Origin: Acidobacteriota bacterium
GTDB lineage: Bacteria > Acidobacteriota > Vicinamibacteria > Vicinamibacterales > JAKQTR01
Assembly: GCA_026393755.1 (NCBI GenBank)
Contig: JAPKZO010000039.1
Span: 134,096 to 198,095, forward strand
DNA: 64,000 bases
Reading direction: 5' to 3'
Part shown: one piece after another, positions 35,674 to 45,791 of the stretch
Layout of the letters: each line of letters begins with the position of its first letter
Numbering within the stretch: position 1 is the first letter of the stretch
Position numbers and translations under genes: made by a program
The notes under the pieces: model-generated
Told to the model about the DNA's origin: nothing
The model's database searches: none
Seen by the model: only the letters and a program-made list of their open reading frames with translations

Positions 35674-37464
35674 ATGTGTGGAATCTTCGGCATCGTTACG
35701 CGAGACGACCAACCCCTGGGCGAGATCCTGCTCGGCGCGGCGCGGCGTCTGTCTTACCGCGGTTACGACTCGGTGGGCGCCGCGACCATCGATCGCGCGG
35801 GTCACGTCGATCTGCGGAAGGACGTCGGCAAGGTTGACGAAGTCGCGCCGCGCCTCGGTTTCTCGGCGCTGAGAGGCCACCGTGGCATCGTCCAGCTCCG
35901 CTGGGCCACGTTCGGCGCCCCGTCGCAGATCAACGCGCAGCCGCATCTCGACAGCGACGGCGACCTGGTCGGCGCCCACAACGGCAATGTCGTCAATAAC
36001 GTCGCACTCAGGCAGGAATTCATCGCCGAGGGCCTGACCGTCCGTTCAACCAACGACGGCGAGTCCTGCGTCCACGCCGTCGAGCGATACGTGAATCAGG
36101 GCCTCGACATGGTGGAGGCGATCCGCCGCGCCTACGACGTGCTCGAGGGCGACTACGCGTTTGTGATCGCGTCGGTCCACGACGAACGCTTGTACGCTTT
36201 CAAGAAGGGCTCAGGCCTGGTCGTCGGCCTGGGGGACGGTTTTACGTGCTGCTCGTCCGACCTGCCCTCGCTGCTGCCGCTGACGACCCGCATCGTGCGC
36301 CTGCGCGACGGCGAGATCGTCGTGCTCGATCCCGGTGGCGCCAGTCTCTGGAGCGTGGCCGACGGCGCGCGCGTCGAGCGCGATCCCGAAGTGTTCACCA
36401 AGGGCATGGACGCGGCCGTCAAGGGCGGCTACGAGCACTTCATGCTCAAGGAGATCCACGAGCAGCCGGACGTCGCACGGGAGCTGCTCCACCTGTTCGA
36501 GGCGTCGCGCCATGTGGACGTAATGGCGTCCGCCATGCGATCGGCGCAGCATCTCTACTACGTCGGATGCGGCACGAGCTACCACGCAGGCATGGTGGGG
36601 GCGGTGTACGCGGCCAGGCTCGCCGGCCGGTCCGCAATCCCGGTGCTGGCCCCGCAGTTTGTGGCGCAGTACGGGCCCACACTCACCAAAGACGATGCGG
36701 TAGTTTTTGTGAGCCAGAGCGGAGAGACCAAGGACGTCCTGAGCGCGCTCGACGTCGCCGAACGAGCGGGCACCAGGTGCCTGGGCCTGCTCAATGTGCT
36801 GGGTTCATCGCTGGCGCACCATGCGAGCGCCTACCTGCCGCTGGCGTGCGGGTACGAAATCAGCGTGCCGGCGACCAAGACCTTCCTCAACCAGGTGCTC
36901 GCCTTCCTCTATCTGGCGATGCGGATCGGCGGCCACGACACCAAGGCGCTGCGGACGGTGCCGGATCTGCTGGAACAGACGATCGACACAACCGACGCCC
37001 ACGTCGATCGAATCCTGCCCAGCGTCAATCCGAGAAGCGACCTCTACACCCTCGGCTATGGCCTGACATACGGCATCGCGCTCGAAGGCGCATTGAAGCT
37101 TAAGGAGATCACGTACGCCCACTGCGAGGGGATGCTGAGCACCGAATTCAAGCACGGCCCGCTCAGCGCCGTCGACGAGGGCTACCCGGTGATCTTCGTC
37201 GTCGGCCCGGACGATGTGCCGTTGCTGATCAGCGCCATCAACGAAGTCACCGTCAGGGGCGGACGCGCCATCGCCATCGCGGAGCCGGACAGCCGGCTGA
37301 CCGGCAACGCCCACGATATCGTGCCGCTTCCGGCCGCCGGCGCCTTGATCAATCCTCTGCTGGCGACGATTCCCTTGCAGATGTTGTCCTACAAGATGAG
37401 CGTCGCCCGAGGGCACGATCCCGACTTTCCGAGAAACCTGAGTAAGACCCTGACGGTTGACTGA
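35674..37464 (+). CDS. glmS: Glutamine--fructose-6-phosphate aminotransferase
   Basis: The internal ATG at 35674 gives the N-terminal nucleophile MCGIFGIV. Two SIS domains are present (YYVGCGTSYHAG, FVSQSGETKD, EGALKLKEITY), and the protein ends in LSKTLTVD. Confidence 0.95.
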   Translation: MCGIFGIVTRDDQPLGEILLGAARRLSYRGYDSVGAATIDRAGHVDLRKDVGKVDEVAPRLGFSALRGHRGIVQLRWATFGAPSQINAQPHLDSDGDLVGAHNGNVVNNVALRQEFIAEGLTVRSTNDGESCVHAVERYVNQGLDMVEAIRRAYDVLEGDYAFVIASVHDERLYAFKKGSGLVVGLGDGFTCCSSDLPSLLPLTTRIVRLRDGEIVVLDPGGASLWSVADGARVERDPEVFTKGMDAAVKGGYEHFMLKEIHEQPDVARELLHLFEASRHVDVMASAMRSAQHLYYVGCGTSYHAGMVGAVYAARLAGRSAIPVLAPQFVAQYGPTLTKDDAVVFVSQSGETKDVLSALDVAERAGTRCLGLLNVLGSSLAHHASAYLPLACGYEISVPATKTFLNQVLAFLYLAMRIGGHDTKALRTVPDLLEQTIDTTDAHVDRILPSVNPRSDLYTLGYGLTYGIALEGALKLKEITYAHCEGMLSTEFKHGPLSAVDEGYPVIFVVGPDDVPLLISAINEVTVRGGRAIAIAEPDSRLTGNAHDIVPLPAAGALINPLLATIPLQMLSYKMSVARGHDPDFPRNLSKTLTVD

Positions 37465-37694
37465 GAGCCTCACGCCTGGTCCTTCCGCCAGGACCCTGGC
37501 CCGGATCGCGGCCACGAAGAAGCTCAATGTGGGCAAGCCGATTCGATGAGCGCTCAGGCCGGGTCCCTGACCTGAGCCGTAACTTCAAGGAAACGGAGGA
37601 GTTGACCACCCGCGCGATATCCGGTGGCCTCGGCGCCCCCGCCTCGTGTATGATTCGACTTTCTGGAAACTGCTACTGGAGGAGGTCCCCTACG

Positions 37695-38243
37695 ATGAAG
37701 CGCTTTGTGGTCCTCGTGTGCGCGATGAGTCTTGTGGCGGCTGGCTGCGACAAGAGCATCAGCCCTGCGGTGCCGACCGGGTTGGTCACACTTGTGGCCC
37801 AGTTGGCAGGCGCGTCAAACGTGCCGCCGGCGGGTTATCTCGGTGGCGCCACGGCTCTTGAAGCCGGCGCGACCGGATCGCTCCAGATGACGATGACGCC
37901 GACAACTGGCGGCGACTACACGGCGAGCTTCTCCCTCTCTCTCAGAGGCCTGTTGACGCAGGGCGTGCTCCCGTACCCGCTCGACAACGGGTCAGCCATT
38001 GTGGCGGGCTACGTCCACCAGGGAGCGGCTGGCGCGCTTGGGGCGCCGGTGGTGGCGCTTCCGATATCGCAGACGGCTCCAATTCTGAGCCCGACCGGTA
38101 CAGTGCTCATCACCATCAACGGCGTGACTGTGACGTCGGCTGTCGCCAGCGGGATTCTCGCCAACCCGGCCGGGTACTACTTCAACCTCTACTCGGGGCT
38201 GAACACGGCCGGCGTTCTGCGCGGTCAACTGGTCAGACAGTAA
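37695..38243 (+). CDS. CHRD-domain lipoprotein
   Basis: The RBS GGAGG is at 37681 and the ATG at 37695. The lipobox is MKRFVVLVCAMSLVAAGC. GYVHQGAAGALGAPVVAL and YFNLYS...GVLRGQL match the CHRD pattern (H-x-G..G..GpVv ... G.lRGQl). Confidence 0.7.
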   Translation: MKRFVVLVCAMSLVAAGCDKSISPAVPTGLVTLVAQLAGASNVPPAGYLGGATALEAGATGSLQMTMTPTTGGDYTASFSLSLRGLLTQGVLPYPLDNGSAIVAGYVHQGAAGALGAPVVALPISQTAPILSPTGTVLITINGVTVTSAVASGILANPAGYYFNLYSGLNTAGVLRGQLVRQ

Positions 38244-38285
38244 GGACGCCCCCCGTGGCAACCGGGGTCAGGCGGTAGGTGTGGG

Positions 38286-38330
38286 AACAGGCCGGATCGT
38301 CCCGACGGGCGGTCCGGCCTGTTTCTATCT
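38286..38330. terminator. Bidirectional hairpin terminator between convergent genes
   Basis: AACAGGCCGGA-N16-TCCGGCCTGTT (11-bp stem) followed by TCTATCT. It sits between the stops at 38243 (+) and 38336 (-). Confidence 0.6.
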
Positions 38331-38335
38331 AATCG

Positions 38336-39331
38336 CTACCTCTGCTTGAAGCCGGCCGGGATTTCCACGTCGCCAGCTGCTACGGCTGTCTCAATCGACA
38401 ACACCTCGGTGACCGTTGTCAGGATTGTGGTGCGCGTCTTGGCGCCTGGAGCGCCAGCCGTGCCTTCCGCCGCCGGCTCAGGTTTCTTCTTCCGGCCGAG
38501 CAGTCCGCCTAACGCGCCTCCGATCGGGCTGCCGCCGCCGCTGTCCTTGTTGGCCCGCGTGTCGGAGCCGCCTGGGCCCGACGCGCCAGCCACCGTCATC
38601 GTGGTCAACATCGGCGTGCCATCGAGCCGCTGGCCTTCTGACTGGATGCGCGCCATCGCGTCCTTCATCCCGGGGTACGTGGCCATCACCTGTGCCAGAT
38701 CGCGCGCAGCCGGCACGGCCTGATCGCCATAGAGCTTCTGGAAGTACTTCATCTCGAACGCCATGTGCTCCTGCAGCGCGGGAACCTTCGGCGCCATCCA
38801 CATGTCCGATGTAAGAATCATGCCGCCCGCATCCTCGACGGTCTTGCCCTTCTCGTGCACCGTCAGCGTCATGATGACCTGATCACACGAGGCGCCCGCA
38901 ACCAGTCTCTTCTCGCCGGTCTTCTTGATGTCGACGTTGAACTCCATCTCCGGCTGCTTGGCGTCGGACTTCTCCCGGGAGGCCTCCTGCTTTCCCTTGG
39001 CCATCGCTTTCTGGAACTCGGCGCGCATTTCGTCGAACGTCTTGACCGTGTACGTCTTGGCGCGCAGATCGAGGCGATACACCTTCTCGGCATCCAGATC
39101 GACCAGTTCCGCGCTCGTGTCGGTGGTCGACATCCGCCGGTTCCCTTTGACGGCGATGGTCGTGACCGTGCCCTCCTTCATGGCCTTGCCGCCGAACATC
39201 CCGGCAACGCTGCCGAGCACGCCTTCCAACTTGATCTGGGTCTTCTGCTGCGACTTGACGTCGGCGCTGAGGCCGAATGTTGAGGTCAGCACGAGAATTG
39301 CGCTCAGCAGCGCGACAGAACGGGTTCGCAT
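38336..39331 (-). CDS. Secreted hypothetical protein
   Basis: The RBS AGGAGG precedes the ATG at 39331 (MRTRSVALLSAILVLTSTFGLSA, a signal peptide). The protein has a K/E-rich middle and a Gly-rich C-terminal region. No family was recognised. Confidence 0.7.
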   Translation of the reverse strand: MRTRSVALLSAILVLTSTFGLSADVKSQQKTQIKLEGVLGSVAGMFGGKAMKEGTVTTIAVKGNRRMSTTDTSAELVDLDAEKVYRLDLRAKTYTVKTFDEMRAEFQKAMAKGKQEASREKSDAKQPEMEFNVDIKKTGEKRLVAGASCDQVIMTLTVHEKGKTVEDAGGMILTSDMWMAPKVPALQEHMAFEMKYFQKLYGDQAVPAARDLAQVMATYPGMKDAMARIQSEGQRLDGTPMLTTMTVAGASGPGGSDTRANKDSGGGSPIGGALGGLLGRKKKPEPAAEGTAGAPGAKTRTTILTTVTEVLSIETAVAAGDVEIPAGFKQR

Positions 39332-39462
39332 ATCGGATTGTCCTCCTGCCGGATCGGCTCCGGGTGTCGTGATCGCCATTCCCACGAGAGCCGCGTGGCC
39401 ACCACGACGGCCCGGGAGGTTGCCCGGCGCGGGATGCGTGTGCCTTCATTATAGGCCGTGTT

Positions 39463-42400
39463 CTATTGGACGCCGCCCTTGGGGATTCGCTTCTCGTACG
39501 CGGGACGTGCCGGTCCTTTCGGCGCCGCCGCCACGCGATCCATCACTTCCTTGATGGCTCGCTGCAACTGCGGGTCGACGCCCTTGGCGAGCTCGGTAGG
39601 ATCGTCTTCCACGCTGATATCCGGCTCGACGCCGTGTCCTTCGGCGAACCATTGCCCCTTCGGATCGTACATCCGGAACGTCGGGACGGTGACGCTACCG
39701 CCGTCGGCCAGCGACGGTGCGCCGCTGATGCCGATCAGGCCGCCCCACGTCCGCGTGCCGACGAGCAGCCCGAGACCAGCCTCGCGGAAGTACGTGGGAA
39801 ACGCGTCGCCGCCTGATCCGCTCCATCCGTTAATCAGCATGACCTCGGGCCCGCGGTGCGCGACCGGAGGCCACTGCTGGCTCGCGCCGTCGCGGACGGC
39901 CCAGTACGCCAGGATGGGACGGTTGAGCAGCTCGATGAAGCGGTCCGGGATCTGCCCGCCGCTGTTCCACCGCTCGTCGATGACGAGGCCGTCCTTCTTC
40001 CACTGCGCCATGAACTGCCGCATGAGCTCGTTCTGCGCGTCCACGCCGGTGCTCTGCACGTAGATGTAGCCGACCTTGCCGCCGGTCGCCTTGTCGACGA
40101 TCTGCCGGCGCTGCTCCATCCACGCGCGAAAGCGCAACTCGACCTCGCTGGAGAGACACTTCACGACCACTTGCCGCGCGCCCGTCGTCGAAGGCGTCGC
40201 GTTCACCGTCAGCACGACCGTCTTGTCACCCAGGCCCTGGAACGCGGCCCAGGGATCGGTCCTGGCGTCGATGGCCACGCCGTTCACCGCGAGGACGTAC
40301 TCGCCCGGCTTGACGTTGAGACCGGGCTCGTCGAGCGGCGAGCGCACGCTGGCGTCCCACGGCCCCCCGCGGACGATCTGCTTGATGCGATACGCGCCAC
40401 CGGCAAGCTCCCAGTCCACCCCGAGCAGGCCGACCGACCGCTGCGGCGCCTGTTCTATGTCGCCGCCGCCGTGATACGTGTGCGACGCATTCAGCTCGCC
40501 GATGAACTCACCGATCAGGAAATCCACGTCCCAGCGCGTCACCGCCTCGTCCAGCAGCCGGCCGTAGCGCGTCCGCAACGCGGCCCAGTCCACGCCGTGC
40601 ATGTTCGGGTCGTAGAAGAAATCGCGCTCGAAGCGATAGACGTCGGCGAAGATCTGGCGCCACTCGGCGCGGGGATCCACCGGTGCTTCCATGTCGGCGG
40701 TCGCCAGGGGCTTCTCGAATTTCTGCGCCGGCTTGATGTCGAGAATGGCGAACTTCCGCTTGCTCGCCACGAGCATCTTCTTGCCGTCGAAGGTCACCTC
40801 GAACCCGCCGGCTTCGTCCAGGACCGTCTTCTCCTCGCGCTCGGCGAGATCGAAGTACACGATCGGGCTCTTCTCCTCGCCGGAGCCGGCCCGTGGCAGG
40901 CGCCGGTACAGCAACTTGCCTTTGATCGCCTGCAGGTCGGCGTAACTGCCCGCCTTGGGGGGCAGTACGATGGCGCGCGATTCAAAATCGTCGAGGTCGA
41001 TCTCGACGCTGGCCGGCGCCGCCGGGCTCGCTTCTTCCTTCTTGTCGTCCGGCTTCGGCTGCTCGCCCTGCTTGTCCTCCGGCTTGTCGGTCTTCCCGGC
41101 CGGCTGTCCCTTCTTGTCAGCCGGCTTGTTGCCGGCATCGGGGGCCGCATTCTCCACGTCGTTGCGCGCGGCCAGTGGAGACGTGACGTCCTTCCGCAGC
41201 GGAAGGACCACCAGCCGCGTCGGATTCGGATACGTCCAGCTGTTGTCGAAGCTGCCGTAGACCGGCTCGAACTCACGATCCGACGCGTAGAACAGGTACT
41301 TCCCTTCCGGATCGAAAGTCGGCTGCGTGTCGTTCAGATAGCCGGTCGTCGCCTGGTGCAGTTTTGCCGCCTTCGTGTCGTACAGGAACACCGCGCTGTT
41401 GGCGCTGGCCGTCGGCCGAGCGTAGGTCAGCCACCGTGAGTCGGGCGACCACTGGAAGCGGAAGTTCTCGAGGCCGTCATGCGCGATCCAGTCGGGGCAC
41501 TGGTCGATTGCGGTCGTGCGGTTCCCGTCGAGGTCGTGAATGCGGATGCGCATTGCCTGGTCGATGAACGCCAACTTCTTGCTGTCGGGCGACCACTGCG
41601 GCGGGTAGCGGAACCCCGCACCGAGTTTGGTGACGGTCTGTTCCGGACCCGTCCCATCCGCCGGACGCAGGGTCAGCTCGTACTCGCCGCTGCGATCGCT
41701 CCAGTACGCAAGGGTCTTTCCATCGGGGGACCACCGCGGATAGCGCTCCGCCACGCCCGACGAACGGGTCATGTTGACGACGGCGCCGAATTCCGCCGGC
41801 ACCGTCAACACGTCGCCGCGCGCCTCGAACACGGCGCGCTTGCCGGTTGGCGACACGGCGGCATTCTGGATGAGCGGTTCCACTTTCGCGGTCCGTTGTC
41901 TGAGCGTCGCTTCGTCGGTGACGACGCTCACCGGAACTTCCGCCGGCTTTTCCGTGGCGAGATCGAGAAAGTACAACCGTCCGCCGGCCTGGAAGACGAT
42001 GCCGTCCGGGCCGAGCGAGGGGAACGTGATGTCGAAGTCATCGAACCGGGTGACCTGGCGCACCTTCCCGCTCGTCACGCTGTAGGCCCAGATGTTGTTG
42101 CGCTGGTTTGCGCCGCGGTCCGAGAGGAAGTAGATCGTATCGCCGTGCCACATCGGCTGCGCGTCGTTGGCCTCGTTGGCAGTGATGTTCTTCGACGCGA
42201 ACGTCTTCAAATCGAAGAGCCACAGATCCGGCGCCCACCCGCCGCGGTACCGCTTCCAGTTTCGGAAGTCCTGTGACATCGGCATGTAGACGAACTGCCT
42301 GCCGTCAGGGGAGTACGTGCCAAATTCGCCGTACGGGACGGGGAGTTTCTCGGGCAGACCTCCCTCGACGCCGACCGTGAAGAACTGGCTGAAGCGCTGG

Positions 42401-42813
42401 CGGCCGCTCTCGCGGCCAGACGCGAACAGGACCCGCGTGCCGTCCGGTGTCCACCCGATCACGCGGTCACCCATCGGATGATGGGTGAGACGCACGGGTT
42501 CGCCGCCGGCAGCCGGAATCACGTAGACATCGGTGTTGCCGTCGTACGAGGCGCTGTAAGCAATCTTCGTTCCGTCAGGAGAAAACCGTGGGAACGATTC
42601 CTCACCGGGCGGCGAGCTGAGTCGCACGGCCGTGCCGCCCTTCTTCGAGACGAGCCAGATATCACCCGCGTACACGAAGGCAATCTGGTTCTTTGAGACC
42701 GCCGGATAGCGCAGCATCCGCGCATCGATTTGCGCCGAAGCTGCTGTCGCGCAGCCGGCAACGGCCAGACAGGCAAGCACAACGATGGACTTCGAACTGA
42801 TCATGTGTGACAA
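39463..42813 (-). CDS. Tricorn-protease-like S41 peptidase (TolB-like beta-propellers + PDZ + S41 catalytic domain)
   Basis: 1116 aa with a signal peptide and repeated propeller blades (P.FSPDG..IAY, SPDGK.L). PDZ region KPGEYVLAVNG. The S41 core has GYIYVQS, DERWNSGG and INGWSGSGGDAF. Confidence 0.85.
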   Translation of the reverse strand: MSHMISSKSIVVLACLAVAGCATAASAQIDARMLRYPAVSKNQIAFVYAGDIWLVSKKGGTAVRLSSPPGEESFPRFSPDGTKIAYSASYDGNTDVYVIPAAGGEPVRLTHHPMGDRVIGWTPDGTRVLFASGRESGRQRFSQFFTVGVEGGLPEKLPVPYGEFGTYSPDGRQFVYMPMSQDFRNWKRYRGGWAPDLWLFDLKTFASKNITANEANDAQPMWHGDTIYFLSDRGANQRNNIWAYSVTSGKVRQVTRFDDFDITFPSLGPDGIVFQAGGRLYFLDLATEKPAEVPVSVVTDEATLRQRTAKVEPLIQNAAVSPTGKRAVFEARGDVLTVPAEFGAVVNMTRSSGVAERYPRWSPDGKTLAYWSDRSGEYELTLRPADGTGPEQTVTKLGAGFRYPPQWSPDSKKLAFIDQAMRIRIHDLDGNRTTAIDQCPDWIAHDGLENFRFQWSPDSRWLTYARPTASANSAVFLYDTKAAKLHQATTGYLNDTQPTFDPEGKYLFYASDREFEPVYGSFDNSWTYPNPTRLVVLPLRKDVTSPLAARNDVENAAPDAGNKPADKKGQPAGKTDKPEDKQGEQPKPDDKKEEASPAAPASVEIDLDDFESRAIVLPPKAGSYADLQAIKGKLLYRRLPRAGSGEEKSPIVYFDLAEREEKTVLDEAGGFEVTFDGKKMLVASKRKFAILDIKPAQKFEKPLATADMEAPVDPRAEWRQIFADVYRFERDFFYDPNMHGVDWAALRTRYGRLLDEAVTRWDVDFLIGEFIGELNASHTYHGGGDIEQAPQRSVGLLGVDWELAGGAYRIKQIVRGGPWDASVRSPLDEPGLNVKPGEYVLAVNGVAIDARTDPWAAFQGLGDKTVVLTVNATPSTTGARQVVVKCLSSEVELRFRAWMEQRRQIVDKATGGKVGYIYVQSTGVDAQNELMRQFMAQWKKDGLVIDERWNSGGQIPDRFIELLNRPILAYWAVRDGASQQWPPVAHRGPEVMLINGWSGSGGDAFPTYFREAGLGLLVGTRTWGGLIGISGAPSLADGGSVTVPTFRMYDPKGQWFAEGHGVEPDISVEDDPTELAKGVDPQLQRAIKEVMDRVAAAPKGPARPAYEKRIPKGGVQ

Positions 42814-42880
42814 CTCCCGATGTAAGGCACGACTATCCAGGATGGTCCAGCGGAGCGCAAGACGGAAGCGCCCGGTTCGC

Positions 42881-43366
42881 TCAACGGCCGAACTTCATCT
42901 GCACCGTGCCCGGCGCACGCACCACTGGGGGATCCGCGTGGTAGATCACCCACACGAAGTTCACGCGGCCCGGTTCCTCCTCGATCGGCCCATCCGCGGT
43001 GCCGGGGTGCCAGCCCTCGAACACGGCCCTGCGCGTCGGGCCGTACGGCTTGGTGCCCCAACGTTTCCAGTCGCCGACCGCAATGGGCGCGATCCGCCAC
43101 TTCCCGTTGGAACTGCCGAACGTCCACGTGCCGTCCGGGAGGATCTCCAACCTCGTGGAAACAGCCGTAATGGTGGTCCCGGCGCCGCCGCGGTCGTAGA
43201 AGAGACGCTCGGAGTAGACCCGCCAGCTTCCCGCGATGGTCTGGCCTCCGCCAGTCTGACCGGGCGTCATCGCCGCGAGCACGACCCACGCAACCGCCGT
43301 GGCAAGAAGCGTGAAACGAATCTGCCGAATCCCAATTGTGACGCCATGACAACGAAGCATGTCCAT
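42881..43366 (-). CDS. Small secreted hypothetical protein
   Basis: 161-aa ORF with a hydrophobic N-terminal segment (FTLLATAVAWVVLAAM), lying between two protease genes on the same strand. No family was recognised. Confidence 0.55.
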   Translation of the reverse strand: MDMLRCHGVTIGIRQIRFTLLATAVAWVVLAAMTPGQTGGGQTIAGSWRVYSERLFYDRGGAGTTITAVSTRLEILPDGTWTFGSSNGKWRIAPIAVGDWKRWGTKPYGPTRRAVFEGWHPGTADGPIEEEPGRVNFVWVIYHADPPVVRAPGTVQMKFGR

Positions 43367-43396
43367 TCCCCCGGCCGCTCGCCCGCCCGAGCGGCG

Positions 43397-45544
43397 CTAC
43401 TTCGCGACAGCCGGGGCAAACGTCCCCGGCAGCGTCATCTTCAGTTCCCTCACCAGGAATCCGAACACATCGGCGCGTTCCTCGATCTGCTTGGCCGTCG
43501 GCTTGCCGGCGCCATGCCCGGCCTTCGTCTCGATGCGGATCAGCACGGGAGCGGTTCCCGCCTGCGCGGCCTGAAGAGTGGCCGCGAACTTGAAGCTGTG
43601 GGCGGGCACGACGCGATCGTCGTGATCGGCAGTCGTCACGAGCGTTGCAGGGTACTTCGTGCCGGGCTTGATGTTGTGCAGCGGCGAATACTTGATGTTG
43701 ATCTCGAAGCCCTCCTTCGTGTCGGGATCGCCGTAGTCGGACTTCCAGGCCCAGCCAATGGTGAACTTGTGGTAGCGCAGCATGTCCATCACGCCGACCG
43801 CCGGCAGCGCCGCCCCAAACAAATCGGGGCGCTGCGTCAGGCAAGCGCCCACCAGCAGGCCGCCATTGCTCCCGCCGGCGATCGCGAGTTTCGGCGTGGA
43901 CGTGTACTTCTCATGGATCAGGTACTCGGCGGCGGCCATGAAGTCGTCGAACACGTTCTGCTTGTTCTTCAGCCGCCCTCCGTCGTACCAGGCCTGGCCG
44001 TACTCCCCGCCGCCCCGAAGGTTGGCGACCGCATACACGCCACCCATTTCGAGCCAGGCGGCCGTGGCCGGCGAGAAGGCCGGCGTCGAACTGATGTTGA
44101 AACCGCCGTAGCCGTACAGTTCCGTCGGATTGCGCCCGTTCCTCGTCACCCACCTGGCGTGCGTGATGAACATCGGGATCTTCGTGCCGTCCTTCGATGC
44201 GTAGAACACCTGCTCGGTCTGGTACCGGCTTGAATCGAAATCCACGCTGGGCTTCTTGAAGACGGTGCTGGTTTCCTTCCCAAAGTTGTACCGGTAGATC
44301 GTCGTGGGATACGTGAACGACGTGAAGGCGTAGAACGCCTCCTGGTGCTTCCGGCGCCCGCGCAGTTCCGGGACAGACCCGATCCCCGGAAGCGTGATCT
44401 CCTTTGGATTGGATCCGTCGAGTTCGTAGACGCGCACCGCACTCTTCGCGTCGGTCATCCAGATCGTCACGAACTGGTCGTTGATCATCGTGACGCTCTC
44501 GAGCACGTCCCGTCCGCGCGCCTCCGGGATCACCGTCATCGCACCGGCAGCCCCGCTCTTGCGGTTGATGAAGACCAGCCGGTACCGTGGCGCGTCATTG
44601 TTGGTGAGCACGTAGAACATGTCGCCGTCATTGCCCACGACGGTGTACGCCGCGTCGAAATCGTTGAGAAACGGCTCGATCCGGCCGAGAGGATTCTTCA
44701 GGTCGCGCACAAACACCCGGTTGCGGTTGTCGGTGCCCTCGGTCTGGTACACCAGCAGGAACCGCCCGTCGTCAGTCACGTCGGCGGCAAAGCCCCAGTC
44801 GGGCTTGTCTGGCCGCTCGTACGCCATCACGTCGGCGTCCTGCGGCGTCCCGACCTTGTGGAAGACGAGTTTCTGGTTCTTGTTGACCGCCTGAAGCAGG
44901 TTCCGGTCGGTGGGCGCGTCGTACCGGCAGTAGTAGAAGCCGGATCCGTCCTTGAGCCAGGCCGCCCCGCTGAACTTCGACCACTTGAGCGTCTCCGGCA
45001 GGTCCTTGTTGGTGGCGACCTCCCGGATCTTCCACTCCTGCCAGTCGGACCCGGCCGCCGCGATCGAATAGGCCATGTAGCGGCCGTCTTCGGAAAACGA
45101 CTTCTCGCCAAGCGCCACGGTGCCATCAGCCGAGAGAGTGTTCGGATCGAGCAGCACCTCTGGCGCCACATCGAGCGCCTTCGTCTTGTAGATGACCGAC
45201 TGATTCTGAAGACCGTCGTTCCTGCTGAATATGTACCAGTCGCCTTCGCGCGATGGCGCGCTGTAGCGCTCGTAGTTCCAGAGCTTCATAAGCCGCGCCT
45301 TGATGCGCGCGCGCTCGGGGATCTGGTCGAGATACCCGAACGTGATCGTGTTCTCGGCCTCGATCCACGCTCGGGTGTCCGGCGCGTCGGCATCCTCAAG
45401 CCAGCGATACGGATCCGCGATCATCGTGCCGAAGAAGTTGTCGACCTGCGCCACCTTCTTCGCGTCGGGGTACTTGAGGGTTCCGGATTGTGCGGTGATT
45501 GACACGGACATCAGCAACAACAGCACTGCAAGGCGTCGGTTCAT
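43397..45544 (-). CDS. Prolyl oligopeptidase (S9A family)
   Basis: Signal peptide, then DPYRWLED at the start of the mature protein. The nucleophile motif is AIAGGSNGGLLVGA (GGSNGG). DDRVVPAHS and GHGAGKP provide the catalytic Asp/His blocks. Confidence 0.9.
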   Translation of the reverse strand: MNRRLAVLLLLMSVSITAQSGTLKYPDAKKVAQVDNFFGTMIADPYRWLEDADAPDTRAWIEAENTITFGYLDQIPERARIKARLMKLWNYERYSAPSREGDWYIFSRNDGLQNQSVIYKTKALDVAPEVLLDPNTLSADGTVALGEKSFSEDGRYMAYSIAAAGSDWQEWKIREVATNKDLPETLKWSKFSGAAWLKDGSGFYYCRYDAPTDRNLLQAVNKNQKLVFHKVGTPQDADVMAYERPDKPDWGFAADVTDDGRFLLVYQTEGTDNRNRVFVRDLKNPLGRIEPFLNDFDAAYTVVGNDGDMFYVLTNNDAPRYRLVFINRKSGAAGAMTVIPEARGRDVLESVTMINDQFVTIWMTDAKSAVRVYELDGSNPKEITLPGIGSVPELRGRRKHQEAFYAFTSFTYPTTIYRYNFGKETSTVFKKPSVDFDSSRYQTEQVFYASKDGTKIPMFITHARWVTRNGRNPTELYGYGGFNISSTPAFSPATAAWLEMGGVYAVANLRGGGEYGQAWYDGGRLKNKQNVFDDFMAAAEYLIHEKYTSTPKLAIAGGSNGGLLVGACLTQRPDLFGAALPAVGVMDMLRYHKFTIGWAWKSDYGDPDTKEGFEINIKYSPLHNIKPGTKYPATLVTTADHDDRVVPAHSFKFAATLQAAQAGTAPVLIRIETKAGHGAGKPTAKQIEERADVFGFLVRELKMTLPGTFAPAVAK

Positions 45545-45791
45545 AACGGTCCCTCGACAGGCCCGGCAGCGGGCCAGAGAGCCATTATGCCATCAAGGTA
45601 TTGCCTCCGGACGCGGACTCCAATATCGTACTGGGACCGGCGCCGCGGCGACGGCGCCAGACGCGCGTCGCCCGTCGATGGCGCGCGGCGGTTTCGTCGT
45701 CGATGTCCAGTCCGAACACATTCGGGAACGCACGGGCTGGGAGAGGGGCTGTGGTCGCGTTCGCCAGGCATTCTGAAGGGACAAGGAAGCA

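Noticed and set aside
37464-37527. Possible terminator after glmS (GGTCC...GGACC)
   Set aside because: The complementary stem is only 5 bp and no U-tract follows, which is too weak to call.
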